Origin: a phage
Strand: one strand, 5' to 3'
Sequence record: PZ166176.1
DNA length: 64,000 nt
Shown piece after piece: positions 24,976 through 33,377 of the stretch. The notes under the pieces are model-generated. The model did not search any database and had not been told where the DNA came from. It was given only the letters and a program-made list of their open reading frames with translations. Each line of letters starts with the position of its first letter. The stretch's first letter is position 1. A program made the translations under genes and the position numbers.

Positions 24976-25318
24976 GAGGATTCTTTTAGATTTCTATAAT
25001 AATTGGTTAGAACACCTCCGTCTCTTTCCAAGAGAAAGTGGTTACGCTGATGTTGGCTTATGCCGAGGTCTGCGTATGTATATAAGTGATGAATTTCGGG
25101 CAGAGCATTCTTTAGCATATTCTGTTTATGGTATGCAATTAGCCAGTTTTGAAAACGCTGGCTTAGATACAACTTTCCCATTTAACACAGCAAAATCTTT
25201 TGAGCAAGAGTGTAAGGAAAAACGTTGCATGTTTAATGAAAAACGTGTACAGTGGGTTAAGGATCAAGTTAAACAACTGGAACAAGAGTTGGATTTCTTC
25301 TATGATGAGGCAGAATAA
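24953..25318 (+). CDS. member D of the five-copy paralogous early family
   Basis: ATG 24953 with SD gaaggag; LDFYNNWLEH...GLCRGL...FPFN...RVQWVKD. Confidence 0.65.
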   Translation: MTIDLKCKRILLDFYNNWLEHLRLFPRESGYADVGLCRGLRMYISDEFRAEHSLAYSVYGMQLASFENAGLDTTFPFNTAKSFEQECKEKRCMFNEKRVQWVKDQVKQLEQELDFFYDEAE

Positions 25319-25590
25319 TGGATAGACAAACCTTAAAAACAATGGCAGATGCCACTAATTCCCCGTACTTTGAAAAAGTAAGTAAATTGGTAGCTCAAGC
25401 CGCAGAGGAAGGATATTATAACATAAACATCCACAACCCAAGTCTTATACTAGAAATGCCAAGTGATAAGAAGATACAAGAGAGTATCTGTGAAGGTATT
25501 GTTAGTTACTGGCGCGAGCGTGGGTGTGGTGCAAACATGGCTTTAGACAGTGCAAACATTGTAAGATATATAAATATTTCTTGGGGGTGA
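25318..25590 (+). CDS. hypothetical early protein (90 aa)
   Basis: Overlap-coupled ORF. Confidence 0.6.
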   Translation: MDRQTLKTMADATNSPYFEKVSKLVAQAAEEGYYNINIHNPSLILEMPSDKKIQESICEGIVSYWRERGCGANMALDSANIVRYINISWG

Positions 25591-25594
25591 TTTT

Positions 25595-26206
25595 ATGATT
25601 CAATGCACTCATATCCAAATTACTTGGAGAGATGAACTTTACCATTTGGGGCAATTTACTGTAGGGGAAACATACCCTATCATTAAACATAATCCTAACA
25701 TCGCAAACTTTGACAGGATGGTTCTTGTTGAGGACGATCTAGGTCAAACTTATTCTTTAGATCTAAAATATCCGTTTTCTTACGGCTACGATTGGATCGT
25801 TACTTTTGAAGACGCGGAGGAAAATAAAACAATGAACGAAAAAAATTCTTGGTATTATCGTTGTGAACTGCCGCCAGTAGGTGAAAAGGTTATCTTTGTT
25901 CCTGATTTGGAAAGATATTCTTGGGACAGTTCTTATTCTATTCCTAAAGAAGGAACAGAAGTTGAAGTTATTGCACATCGCACAACTTCGCATGGTAACG
26001 ATGTAGCAGTTGTTTTCTGGGATGATGAAGGCGCTGCTTGTGCAGGTGGCTTTGTTGCAGGTAATTTTGAACCCCTGCCAGATCCTTTGAAGGAGGCAAT
26101 TTTAGGCGTAGCTTCTTTTGGACTCTCTTACACATCTGCACAAGAGATTGTAGAAGGTATTTTAAACGGTACCGTTCCAAACGAAATTTTTAAACAGATT
26201 AAATAA
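25595..26206 (+). CDS. hypothetical early protein (203 aa)
   Basis: SD ttgggggtga. Confidence 0.65.
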   Translation: MIQCTHIQITWRDELYHLGQFTVGETYPIIKHNPNIANFDRMVLVEDDLGQTYSLDLKYPFSYGYDWIVTFEDAEENKTMNEKNSWYYRCELPPVGEKVIFVPDLERYSWDSSYSIPKEGTEVEVIAHRTTSHGNDVAVVFWDDEGAACAGGFVAGNFEPLPDPLKEAILGVASFGLSYTSAQEIVEGILNGTVPNEIFKQIK

Positions 26207-26257
26207 TAGTTGCACCCCGTTCTGCGGGGTGTTATTGTATATGTAAAGGAGGCGCTA

Positions 26258-26596
26258 ATGTATTACACTGAAGACTACATACTGTATAACTTTTTTAAAG
26301 GCTGGTTGAAATGGGCTGAACAAGCTCCTGTCGGAGATTGTGTTTTTCCTTGGGATTCTCGTCAAGGTTTGTGTCGTTGTTTGGAAGATTGGCTTATAAC
26401 CACAAACTACAATTCAGAAACTAAGAAATCTACATCAAATCGATTAAAAATGTTGTTTGAAGAAGATGGTTTAGATCCAATTTATCCTTTCGGTGAGGAA
26501 AGTTTCCACAATGGTCTTTTCCTTGGCACTCAACATTATGATAAAGATCGTGTAGATTGGGTAAAAGAAAAGGTAGCACAGTATGAATGGGGTTAA
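26258..26596 (+). CDS. member E of the five-copy paralogous early family
   Basis: ATG 26258 with SD aaaggaggcg; FFKGWLKWAEQAP...GLCRCL...YPFG...RVDWVKE; hairpin caccccgttctgcggggtg upstream. Confidence 0.65.
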   Translation: MYYTEDYILYNFFKGWLKWAEQAPVGDCVFPWDSRQGLCRCLEDWLITTNYNSETKKSTSNRLKMLFEEDGLDPIYPFGEESFHNGLFLGTQHYDKDRVDWVKEKVAQYEWG

Positions 26597-26786
26597 GAAT
26601 TATCACCGCTGGTTAGAAAGCTATCTTAAGAAATGTGAACTTGGTGTTCCAGGTTATACTTACGACACGGACGAGATCCTTGATGAAATGGAAGTTTGGT
26701 TTAAAGAGCCTCGTGAACTATTGGAAAACATTCTAATGGCTTGGGATGGTACGGCACAAAGCATTGAAGGAGGTAGAAATGAGTAA
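26583..26786 (+). CDS. hypothetical early protein (67 aa)
   Basis: Overlap-coupled ORF. Confidence 0.55.
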   Translation: MNGVKNYHRWLESYLKKCELGVPGYTYDTDEILDEMEVWFKEPRELLENILMAWDGTAQSIEGGRNE

Positions 26787-26913
26787 GAAATTGTTTAATA
26801 TTCGTGAGAACCGTGATGGATCGTTCTCTGTAGTCAATGAGTTTAACGTTTCGGTTGGGACTTTTATTACTAAACGTCAAGCAGAACAAGTAAGAGATAC
26901 TTTAAACAAGTAA
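26779..26913 (+). CDS. 44-aa small protein
   Basis: MSKKLFNIRENRDGSFSVVNEF...; SD gaaggaggtag. Confidence 0.45.
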   Translation: MSKKLFNIRENRDGSFSVVNEFNVSVGTFITKRQAEQVRDTLNK

Positions 26914-26930
26914 ATTTTTAAGGGGGACTT

Positions 26931-27350
26931 ATGTTAGGTAAGATCAAAGCCTTTTTCAAACGTATTATCGAAGGAAGTCCAACAGAAGGTGCATTAGGAA
27001 GATCCCTAACAGGAGAACCACTTGCCATAATTTCTATCAGTCGGCATGGTGGATATTCCATTCGACAAACACCTTTAGGTATAAAAGGTAGTATGCTTTC
27101 TTGGACAATATCTCAAGTTGGTGATAACAGGCTTGCAGCTATAGCGTTACTTCGTGGGGAGTATGACTACTGTTTATCAGCATCTTCTAAAAAGCACCTC
27201 ATAGAGCACATTAGAGACAGAGTAGAAAGAGAAGGCGGATACTTCTTCGAAACTAAGAGAAACGAACAAGGAACTCTTGACTTCACTAAGGTTTACTGGG
27301 ACAATCATACTCGTCAAACTGTTGAACAACTTCTGGAGGAAAGATGTTAA
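26931..27350 (+). CDS. hypothetical early protein (139 aa)
   Basis: SD ttaaggggga. Confidence 0.65.
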   Translation: MLGKIKAFFKRIIEGSPTEGALGRSLTGEPLAIISISRHGGYSIRQTPLGIKGSMLSWTISQVGDNRLAAIALLRGEYDYCLSASSKKHLIEHIRDRVEREGGYFFETKRNEQGTLDFTKVYWDNHTRQTVEQLLEERC

Positions 27351-27553
27351 AAGCTTTTGCTGTATACTCTACTGTAGGATTCTTTTATTGGATTATAGTT
27401 GTTGTTGGATGTTGGTTGGGTTCTTCTGTTGTGATGGGAGAATGGTTAACATACAATGTATTTGAATGGGATGTAGTTTGTAGATCATTACTTGTTATAT
27501 GGACTGCTATTGTTTGTTGGATAACTGTTAGTCTAACATTAGATCTATATTGA
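27344..27553 (+). CDS. small membrane protein (69 aa)
   Basis: Two hydrophobic helices, Trp-rich. Confidence 0.6.
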   Translation: MLKAFAVYSTVGFFYWIIVVVGCWLGSSVVMGEWLTYNVFEWDVVCRSLLVIWTAIVCWITVSLTLDLY

Positions 27554-27720
27554 TTAATAGATGGTAGATAGATGATCATAGTTTATCTACCTTCACTTAC
27601 GTTTCATACCTCACTATCGTGAGTAACATGAAACATTATTATATAGAAATCTACTACTCGCTATCGCTCGTAAACATATGTTTAGGGTACCATATTTTTT
27701 TGAAAAAGTCAATGCTGATT

Positions 27721-27810
27721 CACCTATCAATTATCTGTTTAAGATAAGTCTTACCTATCAATCTAAGTCTTAATTAGTATTGCACCTATAGTAAGACTAT
27801 TCCTATAGTT
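27721..27810. repeat. four iteron-like direct repeats (CCTATCAAT/CCTATAGT core)
   Basis: cacctatcaat (27721), tacctatcaat (27752), gcacctatagt (27782), ttcctatagtt (27801). Confidence 0.5.
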
Positions 27811-27845
27811 ATTAACCCTCTTCTTCTGTAGAATGTAATTAGATC

Positions 27846-27876
27846 CTTGACAAACTCACAAAACTTGTGTTACATT
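27846..27876 (+). promoter_or_regulatory. sigma70-like promoter
   Basis: ttgacaaactcacaaaacttgtgttacatt. Confidence 0.4.
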
Positions 27877-27913
27877 GTGTCTCACAGGTGAATAATACCG
27901 AACAGGAGGAAGA

Positions 27914-28129
27914 ATGAGTTCCAATTTTCTATACAAAGCAAAAGATTCACGAGATGGAGAGAACCATTGGTGGTTGATCACAGAAGATGGTGTTATCATC
28001 CTACCGTGGGACGGAGAGACGAAAGTTCAAATATTAGAGAAAGTAAAAGGTGTTAGTTTTAATGTTAGTCATGACATAACAACTTTCAAAGCTTTTGCTA
28101 TGAATCCTAATCTTGTTGCTGAATGGTAA
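27914..28129 (+). CDS. hypothetical early protein (71 aa)
   Basis: SD aacaggaggaag. Confidence 0.65.
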   Translation: MSSNFLYKAKDSRDGENHWWLITEDGVIILPWDGETKVQILEKVKGVSFNVSHDITTFKAFAMNPNLVAEW

Positions 28130-28142
28130 TCCAGGAGAAAAT

Positions 28143-28361
28143 ATGACTAAAATGTATGCAGCCGTTGATAAGCTGGATGGGTCTGATTCTGTTTTTATTT
28201 TGAATAAAATGGGTGTCTTAGTTTATGCCCGAACTTCTCAAAACATAGAACACCAAGTGGAAGCAGCACAAATTTTAGAGCAAATAACCCCTCCATACCT
28301 ATACTCAAATGTTGAGCGTTTTAACGATGCACTTGGTTTGACGTTAATAGCGGAATGGTAA
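28143..28361 (+). CDS. hypothetical early protein (72 aa)
   Basis: ATG 28143 with SD ccaggag. Confidence 0.6.
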   Translation: MTKMYAAVDKLDGSDSVFILNKMGVLVYARTSQNIEHQVEAAQILEQITPPYLYSNVERFNDALGLTLIAEW

Positions 28362-28561
28362 TAATGGCGAAAATGTTGGAAATTGATAATGTCGTAACAA
28401 TCACTACGTCCATACCTTGCCATCCTATGCCTTGCCCCTATTGTGGTGGTGCAGGATATGTTATGGCGGATGTAGGTCAAATTTACGAGTGTAACCCGTG
28501 CAAAACCACAGGTTATATCGAAATAGAATCAGAGGAGAAACACTATGAGCCAAAACGCTAA
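28355..28561 (+). CDS. small zinc-ribbon-like protein (68 aa)
   Basis: CPYCGG...CNPCKTTG pairs. Confidence 0.6.
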   Translation: MVIMAKMLEIDNVVTITTSIPCHPMPCPYCGGAGYVMADVGQIYECNPCKTTGYIEIESEEKHYEPKR

Positions 28562-28994
28562 AGAAAAAGAAGTAATCACGGTAATCCGTCAGATGGAAGG
28601 TGCCGAAAACAATGCTTTTGTTACTAAGATTCTTCTTAATATCTTTGAAGATATTATTTTAAACAATCCTGGTCATAAAGATTATCAGTATGATGTTATG
28701 ATGGGTGCTTTGCTTGAGATTAACAAAAACACTTTTGCTGAATATGAGCAACACATGCTTTTACCAGAGGAAGATCAGGATTATTTGTTATCTGGTGCTT
28801 TAAGTGCACAAGAAAATTTCTACCACGTTCTTAATATGGCTTATGCAGATGAACTTGCTGTTTCCCTTGAAGAGCGTATTCAAATGGTTCGTGATGTGAT
28901 GAATGAACAAATCCAAGAAGTTGAAGACTTGGTGGCAGAACCTTTAGCAGAAATTCGTGCAGCTATTGAAAAACAAAAAGGAACTCAATCATGA
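28545..28994 (+). CDS. hypothetical early protein (149 aa)
   Basis: Overlap-coupled ORF. Confidence 0.65.
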   Translation: MSQNAKEKEVITVIRQMEGAENNAFVTKILLNIFEDIILNNPGHKDYQYDVMMGALLEINKNTFAEYEQHMLLPEEDQDYLLSGALSAQENFYHVLNMAYADELAVSLEERIQMVRDVMNEQIQEVEDLVAEPLAEIRAAIEKQKGTQS

Positions 28995-29158
28995 TGCAAG
29001 TAGGTGATGTGGTTTGTCTTAAAGGTGCAAACAAACAAATGACAGTAATAGAAAGTTATGGTGAATCTTGTAAAGTAACTTGGTTCGATGAAAACGGGGA
29101 ATTGCAACACGCCATATTCGATCAAAAAGCTTTGAGGAAGGTTGAAGAAAAAGAATGA
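28991..29158 (+). CDS. 55-aa small protein, DUF2158/YodC-like
   Basis: MMQVGDVVCLKGANKQMTVIES...CKVTWFDENGEL fits my recollection of the GDVV-LKSGGP-MTV pattern of that family; below the track cut-off. Confidence 0.45.
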   Translation: MMQVGDVVCLKGANKQMTVIESYGESCKVTWFDENGELQHAIFDQKALRKVEEKE

Positions 29159-29418
29159 GACATCCGCCAATATTTTTCTGTTTTGTCGATCTTGAAAACG
29201 AGTCTTTAATCGTTGATAGTGAGGGTTACTTCACTTATTGGGAATCCGAGCACGAAACTATAAGTGTAGTGAAAGAAATTATGCAAACCAATCCAAATCT
29301 ACCAGCGCATAAGTACGGTATTGCAAAAGTGTTTGTTACTAAAACAGAGTACACAAAAGAGCGAAGCACTTTGTACCATAATATTGAAGTGATTCACTAT
29401 TTCAAAGATGTTATTTAG
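29155..29418 (+). CDS. hypothetical early protein (87 aa)
   Basis: Overlap-coupled ORF. Confidence 0.6.
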   Translation: MRHPPIFFCFVDLENESLIVDSEGYFTYWESEHETISVVKEIMQTNPNLPAHKYGIAKVFVTKTEYTKERSTLYHNIEVIHYFKDVI

Positions 29419-29426
29419 GAGGTTAT

Positions 29427-30035
29427 ATGGAAGAGAAGATTTGGGATGGTAAAGATCCTTTAGAAGTTGGACACGTAGCGCGTGTCAAAAAATCTACTAC
29501 AGGTCCTGGTTTTTCTGGTTTGTATCATATACCAGAAGAAGGTCAGCACGTTACAATTTTGGCTCGTGACAAACAAAACGGAGCAACGCCTGTGTGGATT
29601 GTTCGTTGGTATGACAAAGATCTTAACATTTGCTTGTCACCTATTATGGCTCATTTGCTGGAAGCCCCTTGCTCTGAAGAAGCTCTAATTTTTGTTTCAG
29701 CTTTTCAGAAAGCCACAGGTTTAACATTAGATGCAAAAGATGTGCAAAAAGCATTTGACATTATTCAGGAAGACAACGATACTACATCTAACGACGAACT
29801 GGTTGAAGTTACAATCTTATCTTCAGCAGATATCCGAGAGATTGATAATTGTGATTTTCCAATCACATTTAAAATGTCGCAGAAAGACATACAGTCATCT
29901 GGAAGTTGTTTTGGTATACCTCGTTGGTTTTTTGATTCTATCAAAAATTCTACTACAGAGGGATCAGACTATGATCAAGATGACATGCTTTGGTTCTTAA
30001 AAAACCGAGAGATTGTTCTCTCACCACTTAAATAA
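29427..30035 (+). CDS. hypothetical early protein (202 aa)
   Basis: SD ttaggagg. Confidence 0.65.
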   Translation: MEEKIWDGKDPLEVGHVARVKKSTTGPGFSGLYHIPEEGQHVTILARDKQNGATPVWIVRWYDKDLNICLSPIMAHLLEAPCSEEALIFVSAFQKATGLTLDAKDVQKAFDIIQEDNDTTSNDELVEVTILSSADIREIDNCDFPITFKMSQKDIQSSGSCFGIPRWFFDSIKNSTTEGSDYDQDDMLWFLKNREIVLSPLK

Positions 30036-30044
30036 GGAGAAATA

Positions 30045-30146
30045 ATGGTTTCATTTATCGTAGGTGTAGTTGTAGGCTATCTTATTAACAAATATCAAGA
30101 CGTTATCACGGCAAAAGTAAAAGACATTTTAGACTCATCTAAATAA
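30045..30146 (+). CDS. 33-aa hydrophobic micro-protein
   Basis: MVSFIVGVVVGYLINKYQDVITAKVKDILDSSK; SD aaggagaaat. Confidence 0.45.
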   Translation: MVSFIVGVVVGYLINKYQDVITAKVKDILDSSK

Positions 30147-30198
30147 TCTATCAAAGCTGCATCTTCAATAGGTGCAGCCTTTTAAAAGGAGATATGGC

Positions 30199-30372
30199 AT
30201 GACTAAACGCACTGATTTTAAATGTATGCATTGTGGGAAATCTTTTGGGGATCATCAAGCTCGCACATTCAACTGTCCACGTAAAGGTCGCGGAAATTTT
30301 AAAGGTTTTAATCCCGCACATGTTTATTCTCCAGATTACGATAAGCCAGAAGAAGAAAAATTTGTTATTTAA
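30199..30372 (+). CDS. small Cys/His protein, putative zinc finger (57 aa)
   Basis: ATG 30199 with SD aaaaggag; CMHCG...H...NCPRKG. Confidence 0.55.
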   Translation: MTKRTDFKCMHCGKSFGDHQARTFNCPRKGRGNFKGFNPAHVYSPDYDKPEEEKFVI

Positions 30373-30384
30373 TAAGGAGGTCAT

Positions 30385-30666
30385 ATGGAACTCGTTCAAG
30401 AATTGTATAATGCTTTAGGAGCAAAAGGAAAAGATTGGCCCGAACATGCGCTTATTGCTATAAGAGACTCCGATGGTGAGATTAAGTTTTCAAGCGTAAG
30501 TAAAGAGCACATCGTAGAAACAAAACTGGGTATTTACATGCGTGGAACTTATTGCTTATTCAACACCAGAATGGTAGAAGCTCCTGTTATTGAAGATGGG
30601 ACAAAAGATTGCCCCACAATCGTAACAAAAGCTGAATATGAGAAGTTTTTCTACGCTAAGGCTTGA
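30385..30666 (+). CDS. hypothetical early protein (93 aa)
   Basis: SD ataaggaggtc. Confidence 0.65.
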   Translation: MELVQELYNALGAKGKDWPEHALIAIRDSDGEIKFSSVSKEHIVETKLGIYMRGTYCLFNTRMVEAPVIEDGTKDCPTIVTKAEYEKFFYAKA

Positions 30667-30710
30667 CACAGAAACAATACTATAGGATAGTGATCCTATC
30701 GTAGCAATAG

Positions 30711-30733
30711 AACCCGCTTCGGCGGGTTTTTTC
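30711..30733 (+). terminator. rho-independent terminator
   Basis: aacccgcttcggcgggtt plus tttttc. Confidence 0.75.
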
Positions 30734-30757
30734 ATATCTGTAGCAATAGGAGGTCGT

Positions 30758-30988
30758 GTGTTAAATAAAATCGAAGAAGGTTGTATGGCATTTTTGGTAG
30801 ATAACCCGTTTCCCTTTATGGTTAAGGTCCATGTAGGAGAGTATTTAGGTTACGACGAATGGGATTGTAGTATCAATAGTGAAATGCACCACTACCAACC
30901 AACAATACTTAAGACGGATCAAATGGCGCGTATTACAGTAGAGGATGAATTGATCATTGAGTTATACGAGAGAGCACTACACAAGTAA
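30758..30988 (+). CDS. hypothetical protein (76 aa), last plus-strand gene
   Basis: GTG start after SD aggagg. Confidence 0.55.
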   Translation: MLNKIEEGCMAFLVDNPFPFMVKVHVGEYLGYDEWDCSINSEMHHYQPTILKTDQMARITVEDELIIELYERALHK

Positions 30989-31031
30989 GCTAGAACCCAC
31001 CTAAATCGAACAGAGACGCTCTAAAATAGAA

Positions 31032-31060
31032 AAGGCACCCACTTGGGTGCCTTTGTTTTA
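31032..31060. terminator. bidirectional terminator at the convergence of plus and minus transcription
   Basis: aaggcacccacttgggtgcctt with T/A runs on both sides. Confidence 0.7.
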
Positions 31061-31330
31061 TTCTTCGTTAGATTGCGTCTCAGACGCGTTAAATTCGATT
31101 TCAGTACAACTTGCTAGGTAACTTATATTTTGCATCACTACAACTACAGGTGTTTGAAGTTTATCTTCTAACCCCGCAGCCACTTGAGCCAAGGCATTAT
31201 CAATATTTGATTTCCTAACGCCTGTTCCATGTCCTGTTGCCAAGTAAAGATTACCTTCCCCTTTTTGTGTAGCATTGGCAAAGTAGTAAACGTAATGTGC
31301 AAGGTAGTAATCACGGATTTCTTCAGTCAT
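31058..31330 (-). CDS. hypothetical protein (90 aa)
   Basis: SD aggagaat upstream on minus. Confidence 0.6.
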   Translation of the reverse strand: MTEEIRDYYLAHYVYYFANATQKGEGNLYLATGHGTGVRKSNIDNALAQVAAGLEDKLQTPVVVVMQNISYLASCTEIEFNASETQSNEE

Positions 31331-31337
31331 TTTATTC

Positions 31338-31366
31338 TCCTAATAAGAAAGGGGCCGAAGCCCCTT
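31338..31366 (-). terminator. UUCG-tetraloop GC hairpin with T-rich tail (terminator or attenuator after Sir2)
   Basis: Minus strand reads GGGGCTTCGGCCCC then tttcttatt. Confidence 0.5.
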
Positions 31367-31373
31367 GAGTGGT

Positions 31374-32189
31374 TTATTTGTTTAAGTGGTCTTCGACCAT
31401 TTTAATGAAACCTTCATTGCTGAAGGCTGTTGCAGCTTTTTCTCGGTAAACAAAAACTCCACGATCTTCATAGAGAAGTGTTTCTTCGTAATTAACTCCA
31501 GGGTTAACTACAACCATTTTTGTACCCATACTAAGTGCAGGAAATAATTCCCAATTAAAATTGATAACTTGGTTTGAACACCCTACTACTACAACCAAAT
31601 CTTGCATGGTCAAAGTATCGAACAAGTGAGCCATATCTGCATACAAAGGTGCAGCCTCACCAAAAAATACAACATTAGGCTTCACCCAGTTATAATCATC
31701 TATGTTTATACTATTGTAACCAATATCTACCAGTGTTTTGTAATCTCCAGGATGCATACGGTAAACTACTTCAGGAAGATATCCGTGCACGTGAATAACA
31801 GAATCTCTGTCTACACCTGCTCGCTCTAGTAGATCATCAACGTTTGTTGTCAAGTTTACTACTTGGTTAGGATATTCTTTAAACCATTTTGCTATTTGAA
31901 TATGTGCAGCATTAGGCTGTACATCTTTAAGTTCAACACGTCTTTTGTTATAAAATTCGTGTGTTTTGGCATACAAATCCATACCGTTCTCGTCTACACC
32001 ACCGACCACTGGAAGATCTGGAGATGTTCTAACACGATAACCTGCCTGGAAAGCTCCAATATCGCAGACCTCTTCTAAATCATATTCTTCCCATAAGGCA
32101 CGACCACTATCGGTGTCTGTTCGGAATGTTCTAATCCCACTATCTGCACTTAAACCTGCACCGCTTACAAAAATCACTCGTCTTGGCAT
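31374..32189 (-). CDS. Sir2-family protein (CobB-like NAD-dependent deacylase or NADase)
   Basis: VIFVSGAGLSADSGIRTFR, ALWEE, NLTTNVDDLLERAG, VIHVHG match sirtuin/CobB motifs; the Cys4 zinc-ribbon module appears absent. Confidence 0.8.
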   Translation of the reverse strand: MPRRVIFVSGAGLSADSGIRTFRTDTDSGRALWEEYDLEEVCDIGAFQAGYRVRTSPDLPVVGGVDENGMDLYAKTHEFYNKRRVELKDVQPNAAHIQIAKWFKEYPNQVVNLTTNVDDLLERAGVDRDSVIHVHGYLPEVVYRMHPGDYKTLVDIGYNSINIDDYNWVKPNVVFFGEAAPLYADMAHLFDTLTMQDLVVVVGCSNQVINFNWELFPALSMGTKMVVVNPGVNYEETLLYEDRGVFVYREKAATAFSNEGFIKMVEDHLNK

Positions 32190-32677
32190 TCTTCCTCCTC
32201 ATAATCATCATAATCTTCGTCATCCAAATCGTACACTTCGTCTTGAGAATAACTCACTTCAAAGTAAATATCAAACTCCGCAAACAAACGTAGAATGTTG
32301 GACATGCTATAATAATTATCGTAGGCAGATTCAGCTTCATAGTAAACATAAAGCAAATGGTTAGCCTTATCATCTTCCAAATATTTCCCGTCTGCATACG
32401 CATAGTCTGCATATGCTTTACCTGCATCTTCCACAAGAGAACGATCAAGCAGAGTAGGAAATGGTTTCTCTTTTTCTTTTAGTTTGCTCACCAACCAGTG
32501 TGCAATATTATGCCAATCTGCATCCTCTCCGCTGAAGCAGCTTGCGACTTCGCCAAACTTGGCATCTCCTAAGTCCCCGCTGATAGTGATCATGGTTGAA
32601 CTATTGTAACCACAAGTTTCGCAATTTGAACAACTGTTGTGCACATGAATTTCTACTTGAAACATATTTCCTCCCAT
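32174..32677 (-). CDS. hypothetical protein with strongly acidic C-terminal tail (167 aa)
   Basis: Tail VYDLDDEDYDDYEEEECQDE. Confidence 0.6.
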   Translation of the reverse strand: MGGNMFQVEIHVHNSCSNCETCGYNSSTMITISGDLGDAKFGEVASCFSGEDADWHNIAHWLVSKLKEKEKPFPTLLDRSLVEDAGKAYADYAYADGKYLEDDKANHLLYVYYEAESAYDNYYSMSNILRLFAEFDIYFEVSYSQDEVYDLDDEDYDDYEEEECQDE

Positions 32678-32723
32678 AAAAGAAAAGCCCCCTGAAACAG
32701 GAGGCTTTGTTCAGATGCTGGCA

Positions 32724-33377
32724 CTATACCAGACTTTGTAGGTATTTGTCAAGGGCTTCTTGATCGCCTTGACAAACATAGCAACGGAAGTCTTGAGCCG
32801 AAGGTTGTTTATTTTCATCCCAGTCCCAATAAACATTACCCTTATAACGTGAACCAGGAAACTCAAAAGAGGCTGTATGTGTAATGTATCCTGGGCCACC
32901 AGTGAAATCACAGAATGAGAATTGGGGGTATGCCGCCTTTACTGCCTCAATAAACCAAGCTTTACGATCTAAAGCTTCATTGATGCTATACGCATGTCTC
33001 TCCATTTCTTCCCACGTTTTCCAGACACTTCTCTCATCAGGAGAAAAGACAAGCCATTCTGGAAGGTATAGAGTGTCATAGTAATCATCATATTCGATCT
33101 CGGAGGCGCACGAAGCTGACTCCTCCAGTTTTGAGTAATCAAAAGCAGAATATACCCACCAACCATCTTCCAGTAACGCTTTGATAGGGACGAAGCCTTT
33201 ATCAGCATATTGATCGAATTGTTTGACACGGTGGCTTGTGCAGTCTTCAAACTCACATTCTAAACGATATGCACCTTTTCGACGAGCCTCAAGACCGTGT
33301 GTACTGAAAATAACAACACTTCCTTCACCATCATTACGATCTACTTGATAAGCAACCACTGGTTTTGAATTTGACAT
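32724..33377 (-). CDS. hypothetical protein (217 aa)
   Basis: ORF with SD. Confidence 0.65.
   Translation of the reverse strand: MSNSKPVVAYQVDRNDGEGSVVIFSTHGLEARRKGAYRLECEFEDCTSHRVKQFDQYADKGFVPIKALLEDGWWVYSAFDYSKLEESASCASEIEYDDYYDTLYLPEWLVFSPDERSVWKTWEEMERHAYSINEALDRKAWFIEAVKAAYPQFSFCDFTGGPGYITHTASFEFPGSRYKGNVYWDWDENKQPSAQDFRCYVCQGDQEALDKYLQSLV

Noticed and set aside
656-30418. Minus-strand ORFs overlapping plus-strand early genes (for example 656-841, 3600-3788, 16074-16424, 16627-16950, 24016-24360)
   Set aside because: They are antisense shadows of well-supported plus-strand genes, lack SDs and break the uniform transcription direction of the block.
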